The notes below the pieces were generated by a model, which saw only the letters and a list, made by a program, of their open reading frames with translations, was not told the origin of the DNA and searched no databases. From positions 1 to 53,130 of IMG/VR virus record IMGVR_UViG_3300030430_003035: DNA of 53,130 nucleotides; one strand, given 5' to 3'. The translations under genes and the position numbers were made by a program. The DNA is from a virus. Its lineage: Duplodnaviria > Caudoviricetes. Positions 8,105-16,505 of this stretch are shown one piece after another. How positions within the stretch are numbered: the stretch's first letter is position 1; every line of letters begins with the position of its first letter.

Positions 8105-8364
8105 TAGTCGGCAGGGTTTTCGGCGGATAAATCCGCAGGGTTGAGGAACATATCCGCATTGCCTTGTACGAGTAGTGCGAACTGCGGGTCCTGTGTGCTT
8201 AAGTACGCCCCGCTAAGCATGTCTGTGAAGAAGTTGAAACTTGCGAAGGCATCGGTGTTTAGGAAATCCTCGAAAAGTGTCTCGACGAAATCGCGCCCTA
8301 ACTTGCGCTCAAGGGCTTGTAAGAGTGCTTGTGTGCTTGGGCTTGTGTTGTCTGATTTTTGCAT
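8104..8364 (-). CDS. Acidic early protein, first gene of the leftward arm
   Basis: ORF directly following the large non-coding region. Confidence 0.6.
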   Translation of the reverse strand: MQKSDNTSPSTQALLQALERKLGRDFVETLFEDFLNTDAFASFNFFTDMLSGAYLSTQDPQFALLVQGNADMFLNPADLSAENPAD

Positions 8365-8399
8365 TGTGTGTAATTCTTATTTGGTTAAACAATCAATCG

Positions 8400-9700
8400 A
8401 ACACCACAAACATCTGTCAAGTTTTTTTAATAATATCACAACAAAATGTTAAAATCCCTGCGCATTATGCCCACCAATTTTCCTGTGTGCGTGATCTGGG
8501 AGCGTCATACACGTGCATGATACAGCGGGTTAGTCAGCCTCTCAGTCCTTTCCGCCTGCGAATGAGCAAGGCTTGCCTTGCGAAGGTGTGGGTGAGGCTT
8601 GAGTGAGGTAGGCTTGTGTGAGGTGTGCGGTACGGCTTTGCCGTTAACACTCTTTAACATTTGCCCAAATAGGCGATTTCGCATTTTAAGGTATGCTGAA
8701 GGGCTTGAAAGGGTGCTTGAGGTACTTGGGGTAGGGCGATGTCGAGAAAGTGTATAGATATCCCTATAACACTACGTATTATAGGGTATATATACAAGAA
8801 AAAGTTGAGAAAAACAAGACCAAAAACACGCTTTAACAAAATTTTAACAGGACGTTTTAACAAGGCTTTAACAAATTTTTTTTGTATTCACGTATGTGGG
8901 CAGGTGCGCGTGGTATGTGTGTACATACGGAATCTGGCGGGCGCATAATGCGAGCGTAAGATATACGTGTATGTACGAGGTTATTTTAATCCGTTTTTAG
9001 GCACTCTCTCCCCTTGTGCTATACATTGCCCCTTAAAGAATTAGTTATGCTCTTAAATGCTTTCTGAGGTGCCTTAGTGTGCATCCATTAGTGGGTTATG
9101 GTGTGGTGTGGTTATGGCGGGGTGGTGTGTGGACGTGTATTGTTCGTCCTCTCTTACGTACAAGAGCGGGGGCGCAGGGCTGTGGGGGCACCCTATGCAG
9201 GCACGTACAAACGCACTGCTCACGAGCGCACTGGCGCGTGAACGTACACATGCACGTACCATGTGCAGGCACGAGCGCAAAAAGCGCAAACCTGTGCAGG
9301 CAAACGCATGCAGACACACCCCCGTTCGCTTGCGGGCGCGTTTGGGTGTGCGCGCGCGTACGTCCCTATATACATATAATCCCCACAAAAAACATTTCTC
9401 AGCAATTTTTCCCAGATCTGGTGCAGAAAATTCTAATAGTAGTACCCCCATAACAAAAAACCCAACTGAAAATCAGATGGGTTCTTCTGTTCACTGTAAA
9501 ACGTAAGTGCATGCGAAAAATTTTGAGCAAAATAGGGGCCCTTTGTAACGGAGCACCTTACGATTACTTCTAAACTGTACATGCAAGCGTTATAAAATCC
9601 AATGTGACTATCGTCTTGGATTAAATAACTACTGTGCACTACTTAAATCCTTAGTACGGTGTGAAGGTACACTAAATTTTAATAAAAGTCAATAGGTATA
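8400..9700. other. Large non-coding region near the transcription divergence point (candidate genome end, packaging site or origin)
   Basis: No credible ORFs; alternating purine-pyrimidine tracts, TTTAACA repeats, palindromes; lies between the early leftward arm and the late region. Confidence 0.65.
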
Positions 9701-9711
9701 AACAACTATTT

Positions 9712-10164
9712 TTACGCATAATCTTCATAAGTTATCCAAACGTCCTCACCTTCGGATAATGCTTGGGCAATCCCAGGATATATGTCCTTATATGCGCTAG
9801 TGCTGCTACCAATAAAGCCTTTCATGTCTGCAGAGCGACCTACAAGCAGGCATCCTGCTGTGTGTTCGTCTGTGTTTCCTATATGAATCAAGATATATTC
9901 AAAGTTTGGTACATCTCTTACCCATAACATACCCTTATGCATCTTCGGAAACTTATCGCTGTAGCGAGCATGATGTCCCCCCACCTTTCTAAAAGTTATC
10001 TTGTATCTGCCTGCAGGTATTCTTGTTTCACTCATTACCTTTTTGGTACGGTGTTCATCTTCTAGTGTGAAGCAGAGAAACTCTCTCTCCTCACCTACTT
10101 CTTTGTACAGCGATCCGATGGTAAAATCATCAGAACTATACATTCTTATTACTCTTAGTTCCAT
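9712..10164 (-). CDS. DUF5675 family protein (L,D-transpeptidase-like fold; candidate endolysin)
   Basis: TLE, RIPAGRY, ILIHIGN and TAGCLLVG (His...Cys) motifs. Confidence 0.82.
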   Translation of the reverse strand: MELRVIRMYSSDDFTIGSLYKEVGEEREFLCFTLEDEHRTKKVMSETRIPAGRYKITFRKVGGHHARYSDKFPKMHKGMLWVRDVPNFEYILIHIGNTDEHTAGCLLVGRSADMKGFIGSSTSAYKDIYPGIAQALSEGEDVWITYEDYA

Positions 10165-10169
10165 AACAA

Positions 10170-10186
10170 CAAAGATAGTATATTTG
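10170..10186. promoter_or_regulatory. Back-to-back divergent TAnnTTTG promoters
   Basis: Minus TATCTTTG (10177-10170) 5 nt before ATG 10164; plus TATATTTG (10179-10186) 4 nt before ATG 10191. Confidence 0.75.
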
Positions 10187-10190
10187 CAGT

Positions 10191-10778
10191 ATGAGTTTAA
10201 TTAATTTATACAACAACGGACAATACTACAAGTGCTCAGACAAGAATACTGTGCACTCGTATGTAGAAGGGTATTACACGCATGAGTTTAAAAACCCAGA
10301 GCGTGTAGAAAGAATTTTAGAAATAGGCATTTGGACCGGAGGAAGTATGCTTCTTTGGAGCGATTGGTTCCCTAATGCACAAGTTATCGGGTTTGATAAC
10401 AACCCACATGCTATTGATCAGGCTGAAAAGACCAGAAAGAAGTGGTACAAGGATAACGACTATAGTAGAGTTCTTATGAGATTAAGAGATGCGTACACTT
10501 TGGATACAGTGGCGCGAGTAGAGGATGACTCTTGTGACTACATTATAGACGATGGCCCACATACATTGGACTCAATGAAGTATGCTATCAAACATTATTT
10601 AAAGAAGGTAAAGCCAGGAGGCAAACTTATTATTGAAGACGTGCAGTCTATTAGTTGGTTTGACGAGTTGGAAGATGTTTCTGAGGAAGTAAAGGATTTG
10701 GTAAAAGAATGCAAAAGGGTTGTTCTCGATACCGATTACCGATACGACGACTTAATATTTGAGATAACAAGAAAATGA
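10191..10778 (+). CDS. Class I SAM-dependent methyltransferase (Methyltransf_24-like, probably glycan or small-molecule)
   Basis: ILEIGIWTGGS, IGFD, IIDDGPH and KPGGKLIIED motifs. Confidence 0.85.
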   Translation: MSLINLYNNGQYYKCSDKNTVHSYVEGYYTHEFKNPERVERILEIGIWTGGSMLLWSDWFPNAQVIGFDNNPHAIDQAEKTRKKWYKDNDYSRVLMRLRDAYTLDTVARVEDDSCDYIIDDGPHTLDSMKYAIKHYLKKVKPGGKLIIEDVQSISWFDELEDVSEEVKDLVKECKRVVLDTDYRYDDLIFEITRK

Positions 10779-10909
10779 GTGAACCTAAAAAGAAAAAGAA
10801 GAAGTACAAGGTTAGAGGAGTGCTTGTAGAAGAGTTACCAGAAGGGCGCCTTACTCCTTACGAGAAAACAATATTTGATTTTTTTAAAAGAAAAAAGAAA
10901 AAGAGATAA
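10775..10909 (+). CDS. 44-aa lysine-rich microprotein
   Basis: Translated by hand (MSEPKKKKKKYKVRG...FFKRKKKKR); ATGA overlap with upstream gene. Confidence 0.55.
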   Translation: MSEPKKKKKKYKVRGVLVEELPEGRLTPYEKTIFDFFKRKKKKR

Positions 10910-10911
10910 TC

Positions 10912-11211
10912 GTGTTATACAGAACCGGAGGAAAAAAGAGAGACCCCAAAGTAGGTACAGGTAAAAAACCTAAAGGAAGCGGCAGACGTCTGTATACAGA
11001 TGAGAATCCAAAAGACACTGTAAGCATTAAGTTTGCTACAGTGGAAGATGCTAAAGAAACCATAAAGAAGGTAAAGAATATAAATAAACCTTATGCTCGT
11101 AAAATACAAATACTAACGGTATTAGAACAAAGAGCCAAGGTTATGAAGAAGATGGAACAAGCACGCCTAGCAAAGAAGGCTAAAGAAGATTTAAAAAAGA
11201 ACAGAAAATGA
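10912..11211 (+). CDS. Conserved basic phage protein (LYTDENPKDT motif)
   Basis: GRRLYTDENPKDTV..KF and LEQRAK motifs; GTG start. Confidence 0.7.
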   Translation: MLYRTGGKKRDPKVGTGKKPKGSGRRLYTDENPKDTVSIKFATVEDAKETIKKVKNINKPYARKIQILTVLEQRAKVMKKMEQARLAKKAKEDLKKNRK

Positions 11212-11414
11212 AACTAAAGAAACTAAAAAAGTCACTAAAGGTTGACCCACCAAAAGGATTTCACTGGATGTTAGAAAACGGAAGGTTTTATTTAATGAAG
11301 GGAGACTATAAGCCACACAAAGGAGCAGTTCCTCAAGCAGACTTTAGATTGGTAACTCACGATAAGGGTGCTCCAGACAAGGCTATGGATGCTGCTCGTA
11401 AGGCTCGTAGTTAA
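11208..11414 (+). CDS. Small basic protein (PPKGFHWM motif)
   Basis: ATGA-coupled ORF. Confidence 0.7.
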   Translation: MKLKKLKKSLKVDPPKGFHWMLENGRFYLMKGDYKPHKGAVPQADFRLVTHDKGAPDKAMDAARKARS

Positions 11415-11844
11415 AAGGTTCTTCACCTCGCATCTTTCTATTTATTCGTGCGACCATTAATCTTCCTTTTTGGGAGAGAGCATAGCGCACTCTATAATTA
11501 AACTTTGTTTCTTCTCTAAAGAAATAGTCCTGAACAGAGTTCGTTGGGGTTAGTTTATCAAAATGTTTGTATATGTATTCCTTTTTAAGTAAAGGATAGA
11601 TTATACGGTCTGCCATTTTGCGCGGGCTTTTATTCATTGCATTAGATACATGCTGTATAGTCCAGAACTCCAGATCGTAAATAAATAATATGAACTCTAA
11701 CTCTGCTTTACCTAAATCATAATTCTGTTTAACGTCTGTATATAGGTAATGTAGATTCTTTAGAGGATTATCCTGTACGTATTTCTTTTCTATCTTAGAG
11801 AACTCACGAAACTTTTTCTTTCGGCTTACCGTACTTTTAGGCAT
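11383..11844 (-). CDS. Winged-helix DNA-binding protein
   Basis: ELEFILFIY..., PLLKKEYI and YALSQKGR pattern typical of MarR-like wHTH. Confidence 0.6.
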   Translation of the reverse strand: MPKSTVSRKKKFREFSKIEKKYVQDNPLKNLHYLYTDVKQNYDLGKAELEFILFIYDLEFWTIQHVSNAMNKSPRKMADRIIYPLLKKEYIYKHFDKLTPTNSVQDYFFREETKFNYRVRYALSQKGRLMVARINRKMRGEEPFNYEPYEQHP

Positions 11845-11876
11845 ATCTGTATCTTTGTTTTTATAAAACTATTAAT

Positions 11877-12851
11877 ATGGCATCACTCAGCGGAACTAAA
11901 ATTAAAGACACCTATAACACTCTTCTTAAATTAGAGAGCGGTCCAATAACGACAAGTACAAAGATAGTAGAAGACGGACTAGGCAATGATTCGGCTTTAA
12001 AAATATCTACAAACACTGTAGAGACAACAGGTGATTTAAAAATATCAGGAACACCAGGAACAACGACTTCTGATACAAAAGCACTAATGTTAAGTACCTC
12101 TGGTGTTATAGTAACTCGTGACCTAAACTCAAGTCCAATAGGAACTACAACTATTACAGCAAACTCTCCTCTATCAGCAACAGGGTCTACTGTAGAACTA
12201 AAAGACCCAAGCGGACTTGCTCAGATAACTACGCCGGCTACCAATGATAAGTATCTGATCTGGGATGAAAGCACAAGCGCTTATAAATATATAGAGCAAG
12301 ATGATTTAGCCAATTCTATATCAACCATTATTAGCGGATTACAACCTCAAGAAATTGTAGCAAGAATGGGTGGGACTGCAGCAACTACTGCTATAGCAAC
12401 TTCTCCAACTGATGTAGTTTTTGCACCAGTGCTTTCTACCGGCACAGTTACTGGTGCTGCAACATCTTCAGTGATGTTCGGACCTAATACAAACAATATA
12501 TTTCAACTAACTAATACTACTGTCACTAATGATTCTGTAACTCCCGGTGAGAACACGGGACAATACGAAATTACAGCAGTAATGCAAATAGAGGGAGGAA
12601 GTGCTACAAACATGACTGTAGAGTTAATTGATTCTTATAACAGCGTCACTGTTTTAGCAACAGGAGTACAAGTAGTTCAAAACGGAACTAATCATATACT
12701 TCAATTTAGCCACGTGCATTATTACAACTTTTCCACAGATAGTGGTCTTAGGCTTCAGTTAAGAGTTACCGGAGCAGAGGTAGGTTCAAAAATAGTGAAA
12801 AAAGGAACGTACCTAAAAGTTAGAGCGTTAGGTGATAATATAACATTCTAA
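11877..12851 (+). CDS. Virion fibre or decoration-type structural protein
   Basis: T/S/G-rich, beta-rich C-terminal domain; upstream TATCTTTG box at 11850-11857. Confidence 0.55.
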   Translation: MASLSGTKIKDTYNTLLKLESGPITTSTKIVEDGLGNDSALKISTNTVETTGDLKISGTPGTTTSDTKALMLSTSGVIVTRDLNSSPIGTTTITANSPLSATGSTVELKDPSGLAQITTPATNDKYLIWDESTSAYKYIEQDDLANSISTIISGLQPQEIVARMGGTAATTAIATSPTDVVFAPVLSTGTVTGAATSSVMFGPNTNNIFQLTNTTVTNDSVTPGENTGQYEITAVMQIEGGSATNMTVELIDSYNSVTVLATGVQVVQNGTNHILQFSHVHYYNFSTDSGLRLQLRVTGAEVGSKIVKKGTYLKVRALGDNITF

Positions 12852-13156
12852 TGACTGCGGAAGAAAGAATACAATTCTTCCTATTACTTAGACTTAAATT
12901 AGATGAGATAGAAGAGATAATGGAAGACTATGGCGGAAAAGAAAAGTTTCTTTCAGCCTGGTGTTTTGGCGTGTATGTTCCTGAAGAAAATGAAGACACC
13001 CCAGAGAGGTATGAACTCATGACAGGAATGCACATGGCTATGGAAGAGGAGTTTGATTTAATGTCAGATACTATGGTAGACTGTTTTGAAAACAGAAGAA
13101 AAGAAGATGGCGATGAAGGCGACTCTGGAACTATAGATTATTGGATAAATAAATAA
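12851..13156 (+). CDS. Hypothetical acidic protein
   Basis: Coupled ORF. Confidence 0.7.
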   Translation: MTAEERIQFFLLLRLKLDEIEEIMEDYGGKEKFLSAWCFGVYVPEENEDTPERYELMTGMHMAMEEEFDLMSDTMVDCFENRRKEDGDEGDSGTIDYWINK

Positions 13157-13157
13157 A

Positions 13158-13397
13158 ATGGAACTAATTAGAAAAATTATTATCGGGCAAAACCCGAAAG
13201 ACGCTATGGCTTACTTTGTGGGCCAAAGAGCAGGAGAGTCGGTTATTGATTCAATAGTACTGGACGAAAGATGTTTTGTAAAACATGGAATTCGTCGTTA
13301 CCTTGTGTACATCTATAATGAAGATCTGGGCGTTATGCTTTGGAAAACTATAGATGATATGCCAGTATTAATTGAACACGATTGCGACTTTGAATGA
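13158..13397 (+). CDS. Conserved protein upstream of GroES-like gene (LIRKIIIG..KDAMAYFVGQ)
   Basis: Coupled ORF in the pre-terminase block. Confidence 0.75.
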   Translation: MELIRKIIIGQNPKDAMAYFVGQRAGESVIDSIVLDERCFVKHGIRRYLVYIYNEDLGVMLWKTIDDMPVLIEHDCDFE

Positions 13398-14068
13398 AAT
13401 CACTAAGACATTTTCTTGTACGTGTCCCTAATGTCACAAGGGATACATTTACTTTAGGGGATAAGGAACTATACCTTGACACGAAGTGGGATGAGTTTTC
13501 CCACAGAACAATGGAGGGAGAGGTGGTGGCCACTCCTGCTAAATACAAAACAGAGGTTAAAGTAGGAGACACCCTTTACTTCCATCATCACGTTGTGCTT
13601 GGCGGAAACCACCTGATGATGAATGATGAAATAAATCAATTAGAAGAAACTAAAAAGAGAGGTCAGTTTATAGACCCAGACGATGATATTTATGTCGCCA
13701 CTTATGATGGAGGCGTAGACCCTTTTTCAGTACAGGCTTTTGCTTTTAAATGCAAGGACACTGGAAAAATTAGATTAATCGCAGACTGGGTATTTATTCA
13801 ACCCGAAGAAGAGGTAGAGGGAAAGCAAGAAGAAACTGAGATTATGGTTGGAAATCAAATAATCTATCTAACCCCCTCAAAGAAAGAACCGGAAGAAAAG
13901 AAAGGTTATATTAAATGGAGTTCCCCTAAGTTAGACGAACTTGGACTAAAGCCCGGGGACAAGGTTTTAATTAGAAAAAGCGCCGACTACGAAATGAAGA
14001 TAGAAGGCGAGAAACTATGGAGAACTATTATTACTTCAATTCATGGCAAAATCGAAGAAGTACAATAA
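13394..14068 (+). CDS. GroES-like co-chaperonin with two GroES-type domains
   Basis: GEVVATP..VKVGDTLYFHH and LKPGDKVLI..DYEMKIEGEKL repeats. Confidence 0.72.
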   Translation: MKSLRHFLVRVPNVTRDTFTLGDKELYLDTKWDEFSHRTMEGEVVATPAKYKTEVKVGDTLYFHHHVVLGGNHLMMNDEINQLEETKKRGQFIDPDDDIYVATYDGGVDPFSVQAFAFKCKDTGKIRLIADWVFIQPEEEVEGKQEETEIMVGNQIIYLTPSKKEPEEKKGYIKWSSPKLDELGLKPGDKVLIRKSADYEMKIEGEKLWRTIITSIHGKIEEVQ

Positions 14069-14336
14069 TATCGCTACAGCGGAAAGGTTAATGCAGTCTA
14101 TGCAAATCGCTATAGAGAATATGATACAGGAAATACAGAAACCTGTTGATCAGGAACTAAGCGGCTCGCAAAGAAAGGCTGAATTACAATCTATAAAGCA
14201 AACCGCTGTAGACGCAAAAGATTTAATAGTTGAAAGAGAAAGACTTGACCAACTCATCAAAGGACTTAAAAAAAGCGGAGAAATTAAAGAAGAAAGAGAC
14301 TACTCGGGAGGATTCGCAGAGCAATACTCTAAGTAA
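14043..14336 (+). CDS. Probable terminase small subunit
   Basis: Helical ~100-aa protein ending GFAE, directly upstream of TerL. Confidence 0.55.
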   Translation: MAKSKKYNNIATAERLMQSMQIAIENMIQEIQKPVDQELSGSQRKAELQSIKQTAVDAKDLIVERERLDQLIKGLKKSGEIKEERDYSGGFAEQYSK

Positions 14337-14370
14337 TCAAATCTTTATATACTGGGATTACTAACACCTT

Positions 14371-16467
14371 ATGGCAGGACTTGTAGAAATAGAGGAGGAA
14401 ATAATTGTCAATATATGTCCTGACAAAACCTCTGGTGTTGTTAAAGATTTTTTTGACTTATCTATACAGTTGCCAAAATCCCCTGCTAAAAAAGAAATAC
14501 TATTTTACGACAAAGCGAAAGAAAATCAGTATTGGACAAGAGAGGAGTTGCCAGATGATTTACGGCGGATTAAATCCATGGAAGAATGGATGGAAATGCC
14601 AGAGGTGTTTCGTAAAAAATACACACCCTATATTACAGAAGAATTTAAAAGAAGAAGAAATGGAGTATGGTTTTACAACAACGGGGTGCCCACATACATT
14701 ACAGGAAACCACTACTTTTTCCTTCAGTGGTGTAAGATTGATATCGGATACCCATCTTACCTCGACTTTCAAAGGAAGTTGTACATACATCTTGAGGCCT
14801 GTGTAAAAGACCCAAGGTGTATTGGTCAGATATACGTAAAGTGTCGTCGATCTGGATACACGAATATGTCTGCATCTGTGCTTGTCAATGAGGCAACACA
14901 GGTAAAGGAGAAACTGTTAGGCATTATGTCCAAGACAGGTTCGGATGCTCAAGAAAATATATTTATGAAAAAGGTTGTGCCTATGTATAAGTCACTTCCT
15001 TTTTTCTTTAAACCTATACAGGATGGTACAACAAACCCCCGTATGGAGTTAGCCTTCAGGGAGCCTTCAAAAAGAATAACCAAGAAGAACAAAACCTCAT
15101 CCCGAGGAGAGGCTTTGAATACTATTATCAATTGGAAAAACACCACGAACAATGCTTATGACGGGGAGAAACTACACTACCTATACATGGATGAGGCAGG
15201 TAAATGGGAAAAAGGTAATGATATACGAGAAGCATGGAGAGTACAGCGCACTTGTTTGCTTGTAGGTAGAAAGATAGTTGGAAAAGCATTAGTAGGAAGT
15301 ACAGTTAATCCGCTAGATAGGGGTGGAAAGCAGTACAGAGAAATGTACTATGCAAGTGATGTAAAAGAAAGAAACGAAAACGGAAGAACCAGAAGTGGTT
15401 TGTACGGTGTGTTTATACCATCCTATGAAGCACTAGAAGGTTTCTTTGATATTCATGGGATGCCTATTATTGAAGACCCAGAAAAAACAATTATAGGTAT
15501 TGAAGGAGAGGATATAAATATAGGTGCAAAGACCTATTTAAAAAATGAGCGAAAGGGATTGAGTTCTGACTCTTATGAGTTAAACGAGGTTATCAGACAG
15601 TTTCCCTTTACAGAAGCAGAGGCTTTTAGAGATAGCGCTAAAGCATCTTTGTTTAACGTTCAGAAAATATATGAGCAAATAGAATACAATCAAGACCTGT
15701 ATCCTTCACCTATAGTTGTAGGAAATTTTAACTGGATGAACGGAGCCCAAGATACACAGGTAAAGTTTAGCCCAGATCCCAACGGAAGATGGAGAATATC
15801 TTGGATGCCTCCCTTGGAACTTAGAAATAAAACAAAACCAGAAAACTCTTGGCTCGGATGTGCAGGAGTGGATAGTTATGATATTGATGCAACTGTAGAT
15901 GGAAGAGGCTCAAAAGGTGCTTGTCACTTTTACAACAAGTTCAATATGGCTCATCCATCAAATATGTTCGTTGCAGAGTATGCGTCTCGACCTCCGTTGG
16001 CTAAAATATTTTATGAAGATATACTCATGGCTGCTAAGTTTTATGGATATCCGGTATTAATTGAGAACAACAAATACGGTATAGCAAGGTATTTTGAATC
16101 AAGAGGATACAGCCACTTTCTTTTAGATAGACCTGAACATTTGACTTCTAGTTATGGAAGCAAAACAAAAACAAAAGGCATACCGTCAAACAGCCAAGAT
16201 GTAATACAGGCTCACGCGCAAGCCATTGAATCTTACATACATGCACACGTTGGGTTAAACGAGAATACATTAGAGTTTGGCAAAATGTATTTTGAAAGAA
16301 CTTTAGAGGATTGGATTAATTTTAAAATAGATGACCGTACAAAATATGACCTTACGATATCTGCGGGGCTAGCATTGCTAGCGGCTCAGGGCGATAAGCC
16401 TCAAAAGCCAAAGTCTGATTTTAAATCAAAACAATTCTTCAGAAAAGGTCAGATAATTTTAAGGTAA
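14371..16467 (+). CDS. terL: Terminase large subunit
   Basis: Walker A-like KCRRSGYT, Walker B YMDEAGKW, GST coupling motif, RNase H-type GVDSYD and KYD. Confidence 0.92.
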   Translation: MAGLVEIEEEIIVNICPDKTSGVVKDFFDLSIQLPKSPAKKEILFYDKAKENQYWTREELPDDLRRIKSMEEWMEMPEVFRKKYTPYITEEFKRRRNGVWFYNNGVPTYITGNHYFFLQWCKIDIGYPSYLDFQRKLYIHLEACVKDPRCIGQIYVKCRRSGYTNMSASVLVNEATQVKEKLLGIMSKTGSDAQENIFMKKVVPMYKSLPFFFKPIQDGTTNPRMELAFREPSKRITKKNKTSSRGEALNTIINWKNTTNNAYDGEKLHYLYMDEAGKWEKGNDIREAWRVQRTCLLVGRKIVGKALVGSTVNPLDRGGKQYREMYYASDVKERNENGRTRSGLYGVFIPSYEALEGFFDIHGMPIIEDPEKTIIGIEGEDINIGAKTYLKNERKGLSSDSYELNEVIRQFPFTEAEAFRDSAKASLFNVQKIYEQIEYNQDLYPSPIVVGNFNWMNGAQDTQVKFSPDPNGRWRISWMPPLELRNKTKPENSWLGCAGVDSYDIDATVDGRGSKGACHFYNKFNMAHPSNMFVAEYASRPPLAKIFYEDILMAAKFYGYPVLIENNKYGIARYFESRGYSHFLLDRPEHLTSSYGSKTKTKGIPSNSQDVIQAHAQAIESYIHAHVGLNENTLEFGKMYFERTLEDWINFKIDDRTKYDLTISAGLALLAAQGDKPQKPKSDFKSKQFFRKGQIILR

Positions 16468-16477
16468 TAATAATCGG

Positions 16478-16485
16478 TATATTTG
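16478..16485 (+). promoter_or_regulatory. TAnnTTTG promoter box
   Basis: TATATTTG between terL and portal. Confidence 0.65.
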
Positions 16486-16505
16486 CAATTGTAGCAATCT
16501 TGAGT

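Noticed and set aside
8395-8410. Sixth T-loop-like GTTCGATT on the minus strand
   Set aside because: No flanking T-stem or acceptor stem
9074-9639. Overlapping ORFs on both strands in the track
   Set aside because: C/A/R/V/H-rich translations are a by-product of stop-poor alternating RY DNA
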